From Prevotella sp. (lineage in GTDB: Bacteria > Bacteroidota > Bacteroidia > Bacteroidales > Dysgonomonadaceae), in assembly GCA_031285625.1 (NCBI GenBank), contig JAITVV010000095.1:96001-160000 (forward strand): a stretch of 64,000 bases of DNA. The letters run 5' to 3'. The notes below the pieces were generated by a model that ran no database searches, was not told the DNA's origin, and saw only the letters and a program-made list of their open reading frames with translations. Below, piece after piece: positions 63,375 through 64,000 of this stretch; position 1 is the first letter of the stretch; every line of letters starts with the position of its first letter. The translations under genes were made by a program, and so were the position numbers.

Positions 63375-63877
63375 TGAATAATATCAACAATATAACTAAT
63401 TGGAAACAAGAAGATACGCGAATAAAAGATCTTTACTATTGGATTTATAAAAAGGATCTAAAATCGTCTTTCCCATTTGAAGAAACATCTGTTGAGCTCA
63501 TTGCTGACCATGCACCTGAAGGAAATGATATAAATCTGTTCGATTTCAATTTTATCAGTTCTATCATTCAGGCAATTGATACATATTTTGAAATAGCAAT
63601 CAATGGAATAAAAGAAGAAATAAACAAAGATCACACCTTATTTGGAATTACCCAGGAAAAGACAGCAGAATACCTGAATATGCCGGCAATATCATTTCCG
63701 GTAAATCAGCCATCAATCTTATTCTATAGAGATGGAACATGGATGATCCGTTTTGCAGAAGCAGATTTCCCTACTGTTGATTACGGACTGGGTATAGGTA
63801 TTACATTCGATAGGGAAAAAATTACGGATATCAGTATATTAGACAGCGATGAAATAATAGAAGAAGATATATTATAA
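63374..63877 (+). CDS. Hypothetical acidic protein
   Basis: ORF overlapping the upstream stop by 1 bp (TAATG), followed by a terminator. Confidence 0.65.
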   Translation: MNNINNITNWKQEDTRIKDLYYWIYKKDLKSSFPFEETSVELIADHAPEGNDINLFDFNFISSIIQAIDTYFEIAINGIKEEINKDHTLFGITQEKTAEYLNMPAISFPVNQPSILFYRDGTWMIRFAEADFPTVDYGLGIGITFDREKITDISILDSDEIIEEDIL

Positions 63878-63879
63878 AA

Positions 63880-63909
63880 AAAGAGTTGCAAAATATTTTG
63901 CAACTCTTT
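63880..63909. terminator. Bidirectional terminator
   Basis: aaagagttgcaaaa / ttttgcaactcttt. Confidence 0.75.
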
Positions 63910-63923
63910 CCATATAGTGAATT

Positions 63924-64000
63924 TTAAAATTCTGCATTATTAGGAGTGCGAGGGAATGGGATCACATCGCGGATATTCGCCATACCTGTAATAAACAGTA
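63924..64000 (-). CDS. asnS: Asparagine-tRNA ligase, C-terminal end only
   Basis: Minus strand reads LFITGMANIRDVIPFPRTPNNAEF*. Confidence 0.9.
   Translation of the reverse strand, partial: LFITGMANIRDVIPFPRTPNNAEF

Overview
A 64-kb AT-rich chromosomal window from a Bacteroidota (Bacteroidales) bacterium. The taxon is inferred from many TAnnTTTG -7 promoter boxes and the gene content, and a Dysgonomonas-like organism is my guess. Housekeeping genes include pepD, two tandem OmpH/Skp genes, aroE, upp, gmhA, grpE-dnaJ, a class II RNR (nrdJ), panCD, lon, mntP and the end of asnS. They surround a ~24-kb Wzx/Wzy surface-polysaccharide locus (6204-29889) carrying a GDP-linked legionaminic-acid-type pathway plus epimerisation-type oxidoreductases. 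Main observations: (1) a small His-rich membrane ORF ending in the RAPP ribosome-arrest motif directly upstream of a CxxC-plug TonB-dependent transporter, a candidate metal-sensing translational-arrest regulator; (2) a secreted protein ending in a Hint domain that lacks the terminal His-Asn, a candidate self-cleaving or self-ligating protein; (3) a GH33 sialidase lipoprotein and an SGNH lipoprotein inside the nonulosonic-acid biosynthesis locus; (4) three copies of a nested palindromic MITE/REP-like element; (5) a long structured leader before a DUF1062 gene; (6) a shared sigma54-like motif before grpE and lon. I saw no rRNA, tRNA, CRISPR array, transposase or prophage. All family assignments come from motif recognition by eye, not database searches.
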